DNA from: Phallusia mammillata
Taxonomy: Eukaryota
Direction of reading: 5' to 3'
Assembly (NCBI GenBank): GCA_965637545.1
Contig: OZ281496.1
Coordinates: forward strand, 22,196,001-22,260,000
DNA: 64,000 nt
How positions within the stretch are numbered: position 1 is the stretch's first letter; each line of letters starts with the position of its first letter. The notes below the pieces were generated by a model. The model was not told the origin of the DNA. It was given only the letters and a program-made list of their open reading frames with translations, and ran no database searches. This document shows, one piece after another, positions 1 through 15,100 of this stretch. The position numbers and the translations under genes are program-made.

Positions 1-104
1 ATGGGAAAAATTCTCTGAGTTCTGAAAGTCAAAAAATAACAAAATAAAATACACAGTTTTTGATCAAAGTACAACAACTTGTTAACATGATATTTCGAGC
101 TTAC

Positions 105-3100
105 GTGATTTTAATGTCACTGCCTTGTGCAAGTCGCTTTCCAGCCTTTAGTCCAGTAATAATTTGACCAACATCCATAGCTCCTTCTAATCCAACCACT
201 TCGAGTTTTCTATCACCCATTTCTGCAAAGTTTTCGAAAAGCATAATTACTTTGTTGCACAGTTTAATAAATACTTTTTTTATCTAAAGTTAGCAAATAT
301 TTAACAGTGTTTTTGTAGATGCCATTTAGGCACCATTCCAGTCCTCTTTGTATCTTTTTATCTTGAAACACTGCATTTGCCTAGTAACACCGCCTGTCAA
401 CAATTTTATTTATCATTGACATGTTAAATGTTATGGGAGTCACCCACTTAAGCATCAATCCGCATATATATGTATTTTTTAAATTATCCTTGCATCAACA
501 TGTGCTGAAGTAAAACAAAACTAATAAAAGGTGACAGGTGTCCATTTTAAAGCATTCCGTAACCCTGTTCTGGCCTAACTTTTAGGTCAGGCATATTTTG
601 GGTCAAGATAGGGCTTTCGTTGCAATCAAACGAGGTTCATTAGGGCTATATACATTTTCACTACACTAAATTTTATTTTCGGGCCCAAAAGCAAAGGCCG
701 GGTTTCGGGCTTGCTGTTTCTTGATCGAGCTTATTAAGACCTGCTTATGACTCTGAATCTGGTTCCCAATGCAAAATTGGAGGTTTCAAAAAATACCTTG
801 TACAGCGTAGCGAAGATCACCGGTTATGTCTTTGCCCCTTGCCTTCTTCTTGGTAGTGCCCCACAGGTTCGTACCACCGTAAACACTGGGAATGTTAAGG
901 ATGGCAATTCCTTGGCAACGGTTTCGAGACAATTCTTCCAATTTTACACCGTCAACCTGCACAAAAAATATAACGTTTTCTTTACTACACTTCGAGTAAG
1001 GCCGTTTCGAGAAAGAGCTCTAGGAACAGAACTGTACATAGGCATAGTACGCACATAAACTCTTTGGGGCAATCTACTGTAGATAATGCATGACTTTTCG
1101 GTGGTGTATACTAATTCAGGGGTCGGCAACCTTTTTTGGACTGCGGACCGGTTTTGAAAGTGAAATTTTATCGCGGACCGGTCTTCCAAAAAAACTACAA
1201 ATATTTAGCAATATAAACGCTAAAATTAGTTTATCATCCCGAAGATACATACAAAATGTTTTAAGGCATTCAACCTAAAAAGTTATACGGCCTGGTAACG
1301 AGCTCCTCGCGGACCGGTACCGGGCCGTTGCCGACCACTGTATTAGTTCGCTTTCAAATTTTGCTGCAGAAAATTCCAAGGACCATGCCAATTTTCTTCA
1401 AACAATTATAACTGCTGTTGATTAGCTCTTAATACTTATTTCATACAGTAGGTGGGCCTAATATGAATTACATGATGTCTTTTTGAAAATTTAGCACCAA
1501 ATTTATCAGTTATGCAGTCTCCATTGCGACTCTTAATTTTAAATATTTTGTTTGCGCACAATCACTGTAAACCCTTTGCCAAAAGGAAAACCCCCATGCT
1601 TAATATAGTCGTGTTTTGAACAAGTAAGCTGGAATATTAGGACTTGAGGTTCCATTGAAACTGTCCGAAATCGGAAATAGTGGGTTTATCATTGTGTGGG
1701 TTTCGTGCCAATGGGGCGTTTAACGCTTCGCTGAATTGGTTGATTATTATCCCGCTGTGTGACAGAACGTTTTCTTTCCTAATCTATCACTGAATGTGGT
1801 ATTTTTAGAATGGTAATGGACAGATGAAGACCTCCTGTGCGCTAGCCTTTACAAAATGCTCACAGGTATTCGTTGTATTTTTAATTATGCATTCAACTAA
1901 TCCATTAACTATGAGCTTGCAGCACAAAAAAGTATGTTTTTTTGTACACATACAGGCTTAAACACAAAAAGTGGGAGCATAAAATTCATTTTTCATTTTG
2001 AGTAATAAGGTGTGACTTTTGTACAGATAAAACGTTGTTCGTTTATTTCTGTATTTTTTATGGAAAATGGCACATATTTGCCTACAAGTGTTGATAAGCA
2101 TTGTTTGGAACTTAATACAAGTTGCAGCTCAGTTGGGACAGAATTTTTTTCCAATGTAAACGCTTCACGGTCAACGAAATAATTCAAGTTGAAACAACGG
2201 TGACTTGATGCGTCGTTACGCTTTAAATGTATTGTAACCGGATTTTGTCAACACGACTTAATGAATCCATTTTTTATGACTGAAAAAAAATTGTCACATA
2301 GGTTCTACCAAAAATGTTATTTTCCCACAAGCTTGTAATGTTTACCTTCAAAAGACCTGTGTAATCTATGCAGATTTTGGAAGCTAAAAGCACGTTTTAA
2401 CAATTTATTATCGATTTTTTTTTGGTTAAATATCATCTTTGCTTTCTTTTCTCAGCCAACGCCTAATTTCGATCTTTGTTATTTGTTTGCTTTATATTTA
2501 TCAGCCCTATTTGACACTTACAATCACTTCCAAATTGTCGTGTAGCTTTTTGCAAGACGCAGCAAAAGTCTCTGTTGTTCCGAATGCTGAATACCAAAGT
2601 TTGTTCTTCATTCGACTGTTGAATTTCTCGGGATGTTTTTCACGCATCACGTGAAACTTCCGGCAAATCATAGCGTCCTGTCAATTTTATAAAATCGGTT
2701 TAAAACCAAACACTTACATGGGTGTTTAATGCCAATGTTGTATGAATAAGGTCAACGAATTAGAATATAGAAAAAAATGACACAAAAGGCATGTATACAT
2801 CTTAAAAGTTTAAATCACACAGCTGGCTACATTTTTGTCTTGCAAAAATGTTTAGGAATCCGGCTCGATTCGGTATGACGCCTTTATATGATTTATTGCT
2901 GCATAAATTTACGCTTTTTTACTAAATTAATTTTCACACTTTTTATATGTGTCAATCTAAAGCAGTGGTTCTTAACCTTTTTTCGTGCTGCACCCCTTTC
3001 AAATCACTAACCAATCGCACCCCCTTTTGTAATTGCTGAAATAACAAAACCATTGTAATTTAATTTTTATACAGCACCCCCGCACCCCCTAGGAACAGTT

Positions 3101-6100
3101 CTCGCAACCCTTGGGGGTGCTTCCACCCCTGGTTAAGAACCCCTGATCTAAAGCAAAAAAAATGACTCTAGTGATGAGTTTTATCGAACCATACTGCAGA
3201 ACAATTTGCGAATTGTGTCATCGCATAGAAAAGGTCTGTAAAGTAAACCATTTCCATTAATTAAACAACTATACCCGTGGTTAAGAATCTCTGTACAGGG
3301 TATCATTTTTTTAAATGAACATCACAATTCAAAGCCAGTACATATTTTTTTACATTTCGTTCACTGACAAAATTTTCACATACCACACCGATGGAGAAGT
3401 AATTGTTCATAATCGACAACGGCACGGGATCACCCTTCTGTGAAAGTCCTTCCTTTGCGTCCACTCTCAAGTTCCATCTGTCCATTTGTACCAAATCACT
3501 TCCCACTATCTGCTGAAGAACTTTCATCATGCTAGTTCCCTCATAACCTGCATAGAGAAAATCACAAATTTGTACCGTTGCCCAAAGATGTGAGTAGGGT
3601 CAGGCTTTTTCGGTTTGCCAACTGGTTAACGAATAATACAGCAAAAAGATCGGCTACACAAATCCACGCTGTTTACATAATTTCATGTGTCCATCTTAAC
3701 TGATTTAAAACAACTGTTTGTTCTTTTATCGTGAATGCCAAGTTGTGACATCAAACAGGTTGGTAAGGCATGGCTTTTCGGCTTGCTGCTACCAACAAAC
3801 TGGAGTGCCATAAGGTGGTTATCATTAGGGCCGATCTTTTGTCACCAACTGCACTGATGAGACCAGCTGCACCGATCTGCAGCATTTTTAGTGTTTGTTA
3901 ATGCAGGAAAACCAAAAAAGGTACCGAATTTTTACGCACATTTTAAAAAATCGACTTGGGTGTAAGCGACAGACGCGCAAGACCCATTTATTCCATTGTC
4001 GGTTGTAAAAGTTTTCTGACATCCAGCTTAAATCTGGATACGCTAAGTTTGTGGTTTTACAAGTCATAACATCGCTTTATACGATTCACGATCACTTGGC
4101 CTGAATGGAATTTCTACGGAACATTGAAAAAACCTTCGGCGCGCTACCAAAACCACACGAAAAGAAAAAACGTCTTTCCTGCTGTATTTTGCGGGTCAGC
4201 GTGCTCCTGTTTTTGCAAAAACCGATAACAATGCTTGTTTACAAAACCAAAGACCAACCTTTACCCATTCTGGCTAAACAAACCACTAATGACGCATGTG
4301 TAAATGTTAGGCACCAAAACCTTTGGTTGAATGCAGATTTTACGTGTTTGCTCGTGCAATTAAAATGTTTTGAAATATTGGCACTGGAATCAATTACTTT
4401 TATCCAACGCTTTCAACAGCTGTAAACCGACTCACAGAAGGTCGAATTCCAAGATACCAGCAAAGAGCTAATATCATTTTTCAAAGTTTGCGCAAACAAT
4501 ACGAGTGTTTTGAATAAAAAACGCTTTCTTATAAACCAGACAAACCGGCAAATCATCTATGAATGATTGTCAAATTCAAGCCAACTTTTTCATCAAGTTA
4601 ATATTTTACGGGCTTTGTGAGTTTTTGACAAAGGTTAAAGTGCTGTTTTGGTCAGTACTATTCCTCTAAGATTAATTCTTAACATAAGAAGCCGCAGATC
4701 TATTTATGTGACAAGCCTTAAACTAAAGTGGGGATTAGGTATTTGTGAAAACACTCCGTGGTCTAAGCTATTTTTGCTTCCGCACTTTACTTCAAGGACG
4801 GATTTAACGCTAGCAGCACTCGAGACAGCGCACTGAATCCGAACCATGGGTTTCTCCTAATTTTGCGAAGCTTTCACGAGGCGCCCTAAAAAAACATCAC
4901 CCCGCAATTTTCATCACGTGTTAGGTTTTGTGGTAAGTTTGCGTGCGTCAGTGTAAAGTTCAACTTTTCCCAAACGTTCAAGTGCCACGTCACTACGCAA
5001 AGGTTAGGTGTTGCACTCCACGCGTCACGCTTTGCTTGCAGAAGCCGATATAGGTGTACACAGCGGGCTGTACTGAAGCACTTTCGCCTTGTCTACGACA
5101 TTGGTCTTTGCTTGGTGACAGCAATAAATGTTCGCAAGCTGGCCCAGGTGGCCGATTTGTTAACGTCTTTGACAGTTAAGGTTTGTATATACCACCATTA
5201 TTTACTTTTTGACTTGTTGTGTTTATTAATTTATCCTTACTACAAAATCAAATGATGTAATATTTCTTGAAAAAAGAAAGTATGCAAAACGTTTGATAGC
5301 TAACGCTTTGCTTTTAAATACTTTCTTGCAAACATTTCCTGGGATAATTCATGACTAAATGTTATCCATAGATATGATCGAAATAGATATGATCTATGGA
5401 TAACATTTAGTCATGAATTATCCCAGGAAATGTTTGCAAGAAAGTATTTAAAAGCACAGCGTTAGCAACGTTTACGCAAGGCCTATTGAATGCGTTGTAC
5501 CGAATCAGCCGGTCACCAAGCATTCCAATATGGCAAGGCGTAGGCGAGAAAAATCTAGCCTGCGGTGGGATTCGAACTCCCGACAGGAGTCTTTCCAGGA
5601 CTTGCGCCCTGCCAACTGGGCAACACCAAGCAGAAATAGGTTGCACTACCACTATACGTGCATGACTTCAACACTATAACATAACTCGATTTATAGGACA
5701 GTATAACAAGCTAAATGTTGTGCGTTCAATTTCAAACTTGCCGAGATGTTGGGTTCGTATTTTAATTTCGGCATAAACTAATACCCACCTCCGCCCCATT
5801 TCATGCAGCGCGCCAAATCATTGCCGGTGCCCAAAGGAAGAATGGCAACAGAAGGATTCTTCACCAATTGACTTTTATCTGTAAACAAACAATAGTAAAG
5901 TCTACATCAAAACATTACACCTGTTAGCAACAAAGGTCAAATATGTTTTATTATAAAATATTTTTAAACGGCCACAATGCCAATTGACATTTCGTTTTCC
6001 ATGGAAGAATAGAGAATAAAGCAGTAATAAAAAATCTAAACAAAATCTAGATCTTTAGTGGTTATAACAATGTCTTATAAAACATCTAAATTGATTCATA

Positions 6101-9100
6101 CACAAGCAGTGACTTATTTTTTTTTGCTATGACTACTAAAACCTTAAATGTAAAACTTGTTTTAAAGTCTAAAACTACACCTTTGAAGTACGTGTATTTA
6201 ACGAAAGCAATTCACCTACCAATGAATTGTATTTTTTACTGCAACAACTTCCAAACCGTGAATTTTGTATGTGGCAATGTAAAATCATGAACTGTTTTAT
6301 ATTTAATGACGAAAGTTAACTTACCAATGCAGTCAAGAACCCAACCGACTGTACCATCTCCTCCACAACAGAGAACACGAAAGTCCTCAACATCATGGAA
6401 GAAGTTGATTCCAGGCATCGGTCCTCCTTTTGAAAGATCGTACACTTGGCGAGGGTTTAGCAAACCTTGCATCTTGCGAAGAAGTCTGAGAAATGAAAAA
6501 GGTATAATTTCACGCAAAAACTTTCAGTACATAACACAGGAAAACTGGAAACAATAACGAACTGTTTTTCGGCTTACTCCTTCATAGGTGTTGAAACGCC
6601 AGTCAATAAAGGCGTGTTCATAATAAAACATAGTTGCACGATCAAACTGGGACAAACATGTCCGATTAATATAAACAAAAACAAAAATTTTAACGCCAAG
6701 CATTATTGCTAAAATAGTAACAGCATAATCATAAACATTACTGCCAAGGTAGTGGTGTATATAGAATACATCGTGTAGACGTTTCGACAATCTCTGTTGT
6801 CATCATCAGTACATGTTTTCAATCAAGCTGTAGATCGTGTAGACGTGTACTGATGATGACAACAGAGATTGTCGAAACGTCTACACGATGTATTCTATAT
6901 ACACCACTACCTTGGCAGTAATGTTTATGATTAAACTACTTTTCAAGTCCGTGCATAGTGTTCCTAAGTAACAGCATAAGTGCACATGATTTCGTCAGTG
7001 ACTTAAAGTACCTTCACGGATTTAGCGGTGGTTTCAGGGCCTTTTAGAACAAGCAGGAATCGATATGAACAATGTAAAGATCGAGCTATGCTTAAGTCTA
7101 TATCAGATTGCCAGGTACCAACCACGGAACCATACACTTTAACCCAAATTTGACTTCAATAAAAAATTACAGACTTAAATTCAATTCAGACTCGCGAAGA
7201 TCTTTTAGTCAAAAAAATCGTCCTAAAGTTTAAAGAATTTTGGAAGTCCTATATCAAACTTTAACAAATGCTTCAGTGCAAGTACTTAGTCCAGTGACTT
7301 AAATAATTAAAGCGTTGCTTAAACGGGACGACACGACGAAGTATCGATTACAGCAGAAAAAATCGAACGCAGGAGTGTCTAATGCTGGCTTAATTCGGTT
7401 TGTATTAGCCAACGTTTTGGTAAATCATTCTGCATTACCCGAGTTTTATTTAGGTTTCATTTATGAAAAAAAATTGTATTCCCTACAATAAATGCAACCT
7501 AGGGAATGTAATAATCTTAACTTTATTGAATTAAAGTGCAACGCGACGCAATTCTTATGCAACAAATTAAATTTATTACATTTTGACTGCGGACAGTTTA
7601 TCAATTTTAACCAAATCATCCGTCCACGTGTCAGAATTATATGTCGGACCAGGCCAGAATTGTATGTCGGACCAGGCCAGAATTCTAAGTCGGACCATTT
7701 TTTTGGGCGGGTTTGGGTTTTTCATGAAAACAAACAAGGTACGCGCCCAAGGATTTTATGCATATATAACCTAACAATCCGAATATCTTTATCAACACGC
7801 GTTATAAATGGGTGCATTTAATAAAGTAAGCCTATGGGTCTAATTTTAACTTTGACAAAATACTTCAGTTCACCCAACGTTTCGGTCTGAATCCTTACCA
7901 GTGAGTGATGATGCTATATTTGCTTTTAAAACACCGTTTTAGCTACTTTTTATGGTATAATGCCGAATTTTAAATTTGTTTTCAAACAAACTTTAAAGGA
8001 CACATATTCCATCATTTAAGGTGCAAACCAAAAAATTAACATTCCAAAGAATTTGAAATTACCTGACACCCTGTTTTCCGCCGCTTTTGGGGTTAATAAG
8101 GACAAGGAGGGGTCTTGTGTTGGGTAGGGGGGACACCTGCAACCCTTGTCCATCCCACGACATCGAATTCATCCGTTTCATATTCTTAGCTGCGAAACAC
8201 GTACATTATGTCACAGCATGTTACACGCCAGGTGAAATAATATTTATTTAGCGCTATGACGGCTATAAAGTCACACGACCTTAAACGTGACCTATAAGTT
8301 AAAGCTTTATTCAAATATTTGTTCTAATTAAGTTTATGGTTGTTTGGAGTTTTCAGACTTTACAGATGCTATTTAAAATCCCGGTTTTAGTATGGTGTAT
8401 AAATTAGTATGCAAATGAAACGTACAGTAAATCTCGGTTAATACGGACCTGTTTGGACCAAACAATTTCAGATAATCAATTGCAACTAGTTGAGGCCTTA
8501 GCACATTTCAAATCTATACCTCAAGTTTGGTCCGAAATTTCTGAAGTTTACTGTAGTTAGGTTTTGTTACAAGTTGCCACGCTATTGATGAATCTGAAAA
8601 ATATAAGTAAAAGCTGCAAACTTACTTTTGTCATGGTCCGGACCACCTGGGACGGTATCAGTCGAGCTGTTTTCTCTCGAACGAGGTCTCTCTTGTTGCT
8701 GGAAATGTGATATTAGAGGTTCATAGGTCGTATTGTTATCGCAATCATAACCAGACAAGAGAACGCCGACCTAGTGGTGAATTAAGAGGGGCTGTTGGCC
8801 GGGATACAGCTAAGAGCCCCCACAATTAACCCCCAAAATCCCTAATTTTTAGTGTTGTAAAAATGTCTGATTTTTAGTGTTTCGAATTCCCTGAATTTTA
8901 GTGTTATATTAAGAGAATTTTTGTCAGCCGGTTCTATCACTAAAGTCATATTTTTTAGCCGGTTCTGTTACAAAAGTCCATTGACAGTAACCAGTAATGC
9001 TAACTGGTTCGCTGATCTCATAAAATTTCGTGTGACGGTTCTATGGAACTGGTGCGAACCGGCTGAATTCCACCACTAAAGACAGCATTATGCATATTTA

Positions 9101-12100
9101 TTCATACCAATAGTCCTGGGCATATCGAGCTTGGCGGAAGTGTGTGTGGTCGCATTTTGCCCAGTGTACATTCAGTGGGTATGTGGGAAGCACATTTGTT
9201 GTGATACTGCAAAGGAAAATAACAGTCACTGTAAAGGAAATGGTCGAAAGTTGTAACTAGGAGCACGTAATAGCCATTCTATGCGGAATAGTTTGTCTCA
9301 AAAAACACACGATGAAATAGATTGTATAAGGCAATGGGTAATTAACACAATTTTTGAACTTCTTATTTAAAAGCAATTTGTATTGTGACAAGTTAGGAAT
9401 TGTGAGATAGTGTATGGTAACAAACAATTTGTTGTAATTTCTTACCGTCATTTGGCACCATCGACAGTGTAGGCCTGTTAATCCTTGATAACACTTTATT
9501 GGTTTCTTGCATTTGTCGCATGGTCCAGCGTTATTGCCTTCAATCCACAGGTGATTTAACTTCTAAAAAACACAAAACAGATTGATCTTTTAAAGCAACT
9601 TGGCAAAAAGTCCTAACATTTTGCAAATGTGCTAGTCTAAAATCTTGTTTCTTTCCATTTTATTGTCAAAGATCAGTAAATCTATTATTTCAAATACGCA
9701 AACGCGGACACGTCCAAGTCATACTCTAGCTGAACGCGTTATAGGCTGTTGAAATCGCATTCCGAATACATGAAACTCAGGGCAGACAGTATACTGGGTG
9801 TTTCACATAATCATTTCATTTAGATTCTGATAAGCATGATACACTATTACTCTACATCAGGGGTGTCCAAAGTGCGGCCCGCGGGCCAAATGCGGCCCCC
9901 GGCGGCATTTCACTTGGCCCGCGGCTGTTTTTTTCAAATTCTGTTGCGTATGTAACGTCATAGTTTGGATTACGTTGTGGGGTGTTGGCGACTTGCCACT
10001 TCAAGCAAAAGCTTTCATGGAACTAAATCCCACAATTTCCTTAAATCCCGTATATTTGCGCTCTGATTCCGAAAAAACGTTGGCCCGCGGGCATCTTCAC
10101 CTGGTAAAAATTGGCCCCCATCAAAAAAAGTTTGGACATCCCTGCTCTACATACAATCACCAGGTTATAGATAGATGTACTGAAAGTTTGGTAAATTGTA
10201 ACTTGGGATTATGTCAAAGTATTTTATTTCCATATACAGTACGCAGAAAAATACAGTATTTTTACGCTTCTTGGGATCGTTTACGAAGAAACTAGTTCAA
10301 ATACCAGGTACAACGTCACTTCATTTATGACGAGGAAGCTCATCATATCGTTTGACGTGATAACCAATTTTTAAATTTTCAACGGCTTAATGTAGTTTTC
10401 TGAGTATTAGCTTCTATAAGCTACTAATACTAAGCATATTAAAATCGCATTAAAGAATTGAAGTATTTGATTTATACTGACATAATATGGCCAATTAAAA
10501 CACATGTACAAAAAAATTAATATTTATAAAGGCACAAAACAGGCGATATAAATAAAAGCAAATAAAAGATAATAACGTCGCAACCCTTGCGCAATTAGAG
10601 CTCTTTATGAATTTATTCACTTTCATTTCATCGGTGCATGATAGGTGGAAACGAATCTGATTTTCAATTATACCCGTCGCTTGTAAAGGTTGCAACTGAT
10701 TTCGCAAGCTAATATTAATGTCACCGTTCATTAAACTGAAGTGCGTGCCAGCACACTGCATGTCAGCGAACCTCACGTCTGATAACAAAAGACTAAAAAT
10801 AAGATCTAAAAACTCAGCGGCGTTTTACGTCAAGCATCTCTTTTTGCGTAAGTTTGCAAAACACCATGAACAAAGGTCAACCGGCAAAGCAAGTATCGAA
10901 TTTAGGCGCTTTTAGCGTTCACTTCTGTCTTTAAAAGATGTTTCGACGTCGAAAAAGGTCAAGTTACTGCACAAACACCTGCTACCTGGTACACGATATC
11001 TAAATACAACTTCGGTTCCTACGTTTCTGCGGGCGTAAATAGCTATGGTTGCGTTTGACACTGTTTGTGTGCGTCCAGAAAAATGAAAAGAATTTCGGCA
11101 AAACTTTATCACCAAGGTGAAAAGGCTTTATTCTCGACACACGATGTACTTTGGGGTTAGATATCTTTAAATCTAAAGTATGTCTTCATCTATCATGGTT
11201 CGAGCTGGGAAATATTAGTTTCAAGTTTAAGGTATAATATATAAGTATTGCTATTATTTTTTGTTCTAATCTTGACATGGCAAATTGGAATCAAGAACAA
11301 ATTTACAACCTTTTACAACGGACAAAAAGTAACAGCAACTAGAAGGGTGGCTTAGCACATTTTGCCGTTGCATATACACTATGACCTATTTTGAAACATA
11401 ATAAATTTCCATATTAAACTTAATTGGGTCCCATATTAGTCACTGATTTTATAAGCTTAGTTGGTTCTGGAGGCAGAAACTCAAGGCTTCAGGAAAGGAG
11501 ACCTAAACTAAAAGTTTCGCAATGCTTTAAAAGGTATAATCTTACCGTTGATTCTTTGGCTGATTTCACGTAGGTCTGTATGCAGTTGGCTGGCACTCGG
11601 CTAACACAGCGTTCGTGTGCGGTGTATTTGCAAACTGAAAATGGTACAAAACATTATATTACTTTTGGATCCAATTACTGGTAATGGACAAGTCTAAGAG
11701 ATGTCCTGTGCTAAATTTCACCAACTGATAAAACATCAAACAGCAGCAGTTCAAGATTGAGATTTAGTGTCAGTAAAATGATCTGTCAGGTCAAGAGTGT
11801 GAAACCTTTGTCACTGACGGCCCAAATACCACTAGCATGTTTATACTAGAGATGTACCGAATATTCGGTTTGTCGAATTTATTCGGCCGAATCGGTCATT
11901 TTTGCAAAGATTCGGTTTCGGCCGAATAATTTGTTGCGATTCGGCCGAAACCGAATCTTTTACGAGCACCCATTCAAAGCGTTAAACGTGTCCTTTCTTC
12001 TCAGTACCAACGAAAATCGCGTCAATCATTATATTTTTTGACATATTGACGCTTTTCCCACTGCAGACAAAAAATCAGTTTTCCATTGTTGGGTTGGCAA

Positions 12101-15100
12101 TCGTGCTTGGGACAATGTTAAACCCCACAGAACTAAAATACGGACGAAACACAACCATTCTGCACTAATTGTCTGGTAGATAAACTTCTGCTTTCATGTC
12201 AAACGCGTAGGATACGACTTAGCGTGACGTCATAAATGATTCGGTTGATTCGGCCGAATTTATTCGGCAAAACCGCCGAATATTCGGTTTCGGCCGAATC
12301 GAAATTTCGCCGATTCGGTACATCACTAGTTTATACCCATCTTTATTTAACATAGGCTGACTTTAGAAACCGTTTGTTCGAAGCATACTTTCTCTAATAA
12401 ACACGGTTATGTTGAGTTAATAACTACCATTAAAATTCGCTTAAAAGAGGTTTTAGCCAAGTTATTTGAACAGTGGAAAAGCACAGGACACAGTGATTTG
12501 CTCAAAACCAAAAATAATTTGATTCGTCCGCCAGAACTGCATGCAACAGTCAAGCGAGCCACACTCTATTTAAAATCCAAACGTCGCGGCCGTATTTTCT
12601 TCATTGAACAGAAAATAGAAAATTGTGCTTTTACGGAAATCGTCCTGAACCAACGTGCGCTTAATACTGATGATTCAAGTTACGGATAATCATAACTTAA
12701 ACTAAAGCATTCAGTCCACCTAAATCAATCTGTGTTTTTCGTTTTGCCATGTATTGTAATATCTATTTCCCCGATTAAAATGGCATCCTCATGTCTAAGC
12801 AAGAAATGGACATTATTGAATAGGTAACATTTATGCCTACAGCCGCAGGTTGCACACCTTTGTGTTAAGTGCTTGTAGGGTATTGCTTAGCTTTGACATT
12901 TGAGAATCAAGGAAACATGACAGCTCACAGTTCGGTTTTGAAAAGGTCACGAACGTTAAAGGCACAAATGCCGACGCCCGCAAACCAACAACCAACTGAC
13001 ACCACAAATGACGCACAGCATTTTAGATTGCGTTTTAAGAGTCGGGTTTTCATTTTCCTCCGGATAGCATTGATCTTTTCTATGCCAATTCGTTTGATAA
13101 GGCCTTTTTTAATACAAATGTCATAAGGCTGTCAGGCTTATGTTGTTGGGTGTACATTGTGTCGAGTCTAATTTAAGCGTTAATATCTATAGGTATATGC
13201 AAACATAACGATTTTTTATCATTAGAAATCGTTGAAACATATGCGGTAAGCTAATGTGTAACCAATTTTGTTTCAGTTCGTATATCAGACTTGCTATACC
13301 AATGTTTAAAACTTTTCAGGACTCTGCCTACTTTCTTACCATTCCCGGACTAAATTAAAATTCCAAATCACTGAAATTACATCTTATGCAACTGGATAAG
13401 AGGCGTTTTAAGCACAAACATAATATTTGGTATTTAAACACTCAAGTGCGCACCTAGATAATGCAAATGTACACAAACATGTATTTGACTATTTCCAGAA
13501 AACCTACTATTAGGCCGTCAACGTCTTAACCAAACGCCTGGTAATTGGTACCTCATCCCAGGCTAAAAAAACACACCAGTTTCTTAGAATCAGTAACCCC
13601 TGCCTCTTTCCGAAAAATGTAAACTAGCTTTTTGGTCTCAGACGTGCATTTATCGTTGTTTTGTACGTAAAAATCCATGTTTGTTGGGAAGTAATTGTCA
13701 ATGTGTGAGGCAAATTGCCCAAAGGCAAAGTAGCTTTTCCAAACCGCTTTATCCCAACATGACGTCAAACAGACCAATTTATATGTTACAATCTTATACT
13801 GCCGACAAGTTATCAGGGCAGATCCATTAGAAATTGAAACACCAATCTTGAAGCGAATCAACGTCTGACTATCAATGGCAAAAACTGACAATAGCAATTG
13901 GCTGTTTTATCTATAATTAGTTACACCGAGTGGTGGGATTCAGCCGGTTCGCACCGGTTCTATAGAACCGTCTTACGAAATTTATGAGATCAGCGAACCG
14001 GTTAGCATTACTGGTTGCTGTCAATGGACTTTTTGTAACAGAACCGGCTGAAACATATGACTTTTGTGATAGAATTTAAATCTCGCCACTGGTTACTTTT
14101 TTGTGACTTGACATAGTTGATGGTAAAGGACGAAGTTAATTTAGTTTGTCAAATATACCTCAGAGCTTTGGCATTAACATGAACTTTGCGTGCATGACAC
14201 ATTAAACAAATGTAAAATGTAAAGCAAATATATGTGCGTTGTAGCACATGTTTTCAAAATATGAAAACGCACGTAAATTCGTAACTAATATTTACACAGC
14301 CTTTTAACTTACAAGGTCATGCTCAAGTTTCAAAACAGTAAACAGCTTTTTAAAAATTCTAAAAGTTTTTTTTCATTTTTTGTCAAAAACCGTCAAATGT
14401 TTTCGGCGTTATATTTTAGAAAATTCAATTTTCTGTTCAAACTTCTTTTACTTCAAAAATGAAACCAATACTCACAAGTGCAGCAGAGTCCCTGTTTTCC
14501 GACACCGACAAGCATGGTGAGACAATAGTTGCAGTAAGCAGGCGAGTTGAAGTGTTTTAGTCTCCATGAGTGGGTACCGTCGTCCTTAATGTTCTAATGA
14601 CAAAAAAACAACGTTCTTTTGACTATGCTGTTGCAGACACTATAACTACTAATCAGTGGTGAGCGGTTTCCCAAAATTTGGACTTATGGCTATTTTTTGC
14701 AAATATGGCTATTTTTGGTATTTAAATGAAACACTTGCGGTCTCTTAAAACTATACTTAGTGGTCACCCAAACCAAACCTTAAAGAAAAACCTGGTGGTG
14801 AGATTCAAATTTTTTGTCAGCTAGTTCTCTCACAAAAGGCTTATTTTTCAGCCGGTTCTGTTGCAAAAAGTCATACTTCCATTGACAGTAACCAGTAATG
14901 CAAACCGGTTCGCTGATCTCATAAAATTTCGTGAGACGGTTCTATAGAACCGGTGCGAACCGGTGCGAACCGGTGCGAACCGGCTGAATCCCGCCACTGC
15001 TACTAATACATAACACAGGAAGTGCATTAACCTATAAAACTCATTATTATGCGCTTTTTTAGATCTGAATAGCCTATTTCTTTTCAAATACAATACAGTA

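Noticed and set aside
747-1058. 103-aa plus-strand ORF (likewise 2439-2654, 6306-6557, 17888-18091, 24815-25036, 28987-29256)
   Set aside because: Antisense shadows of DGK exons; no motifs of their own.
6524-6790. 88-aa minus ORF; also 19798-20106 (102 aa, hydrophobic)
   Set aside because: They run through the hammerhead palindromes and T-rich spacer; no splice or homology support.
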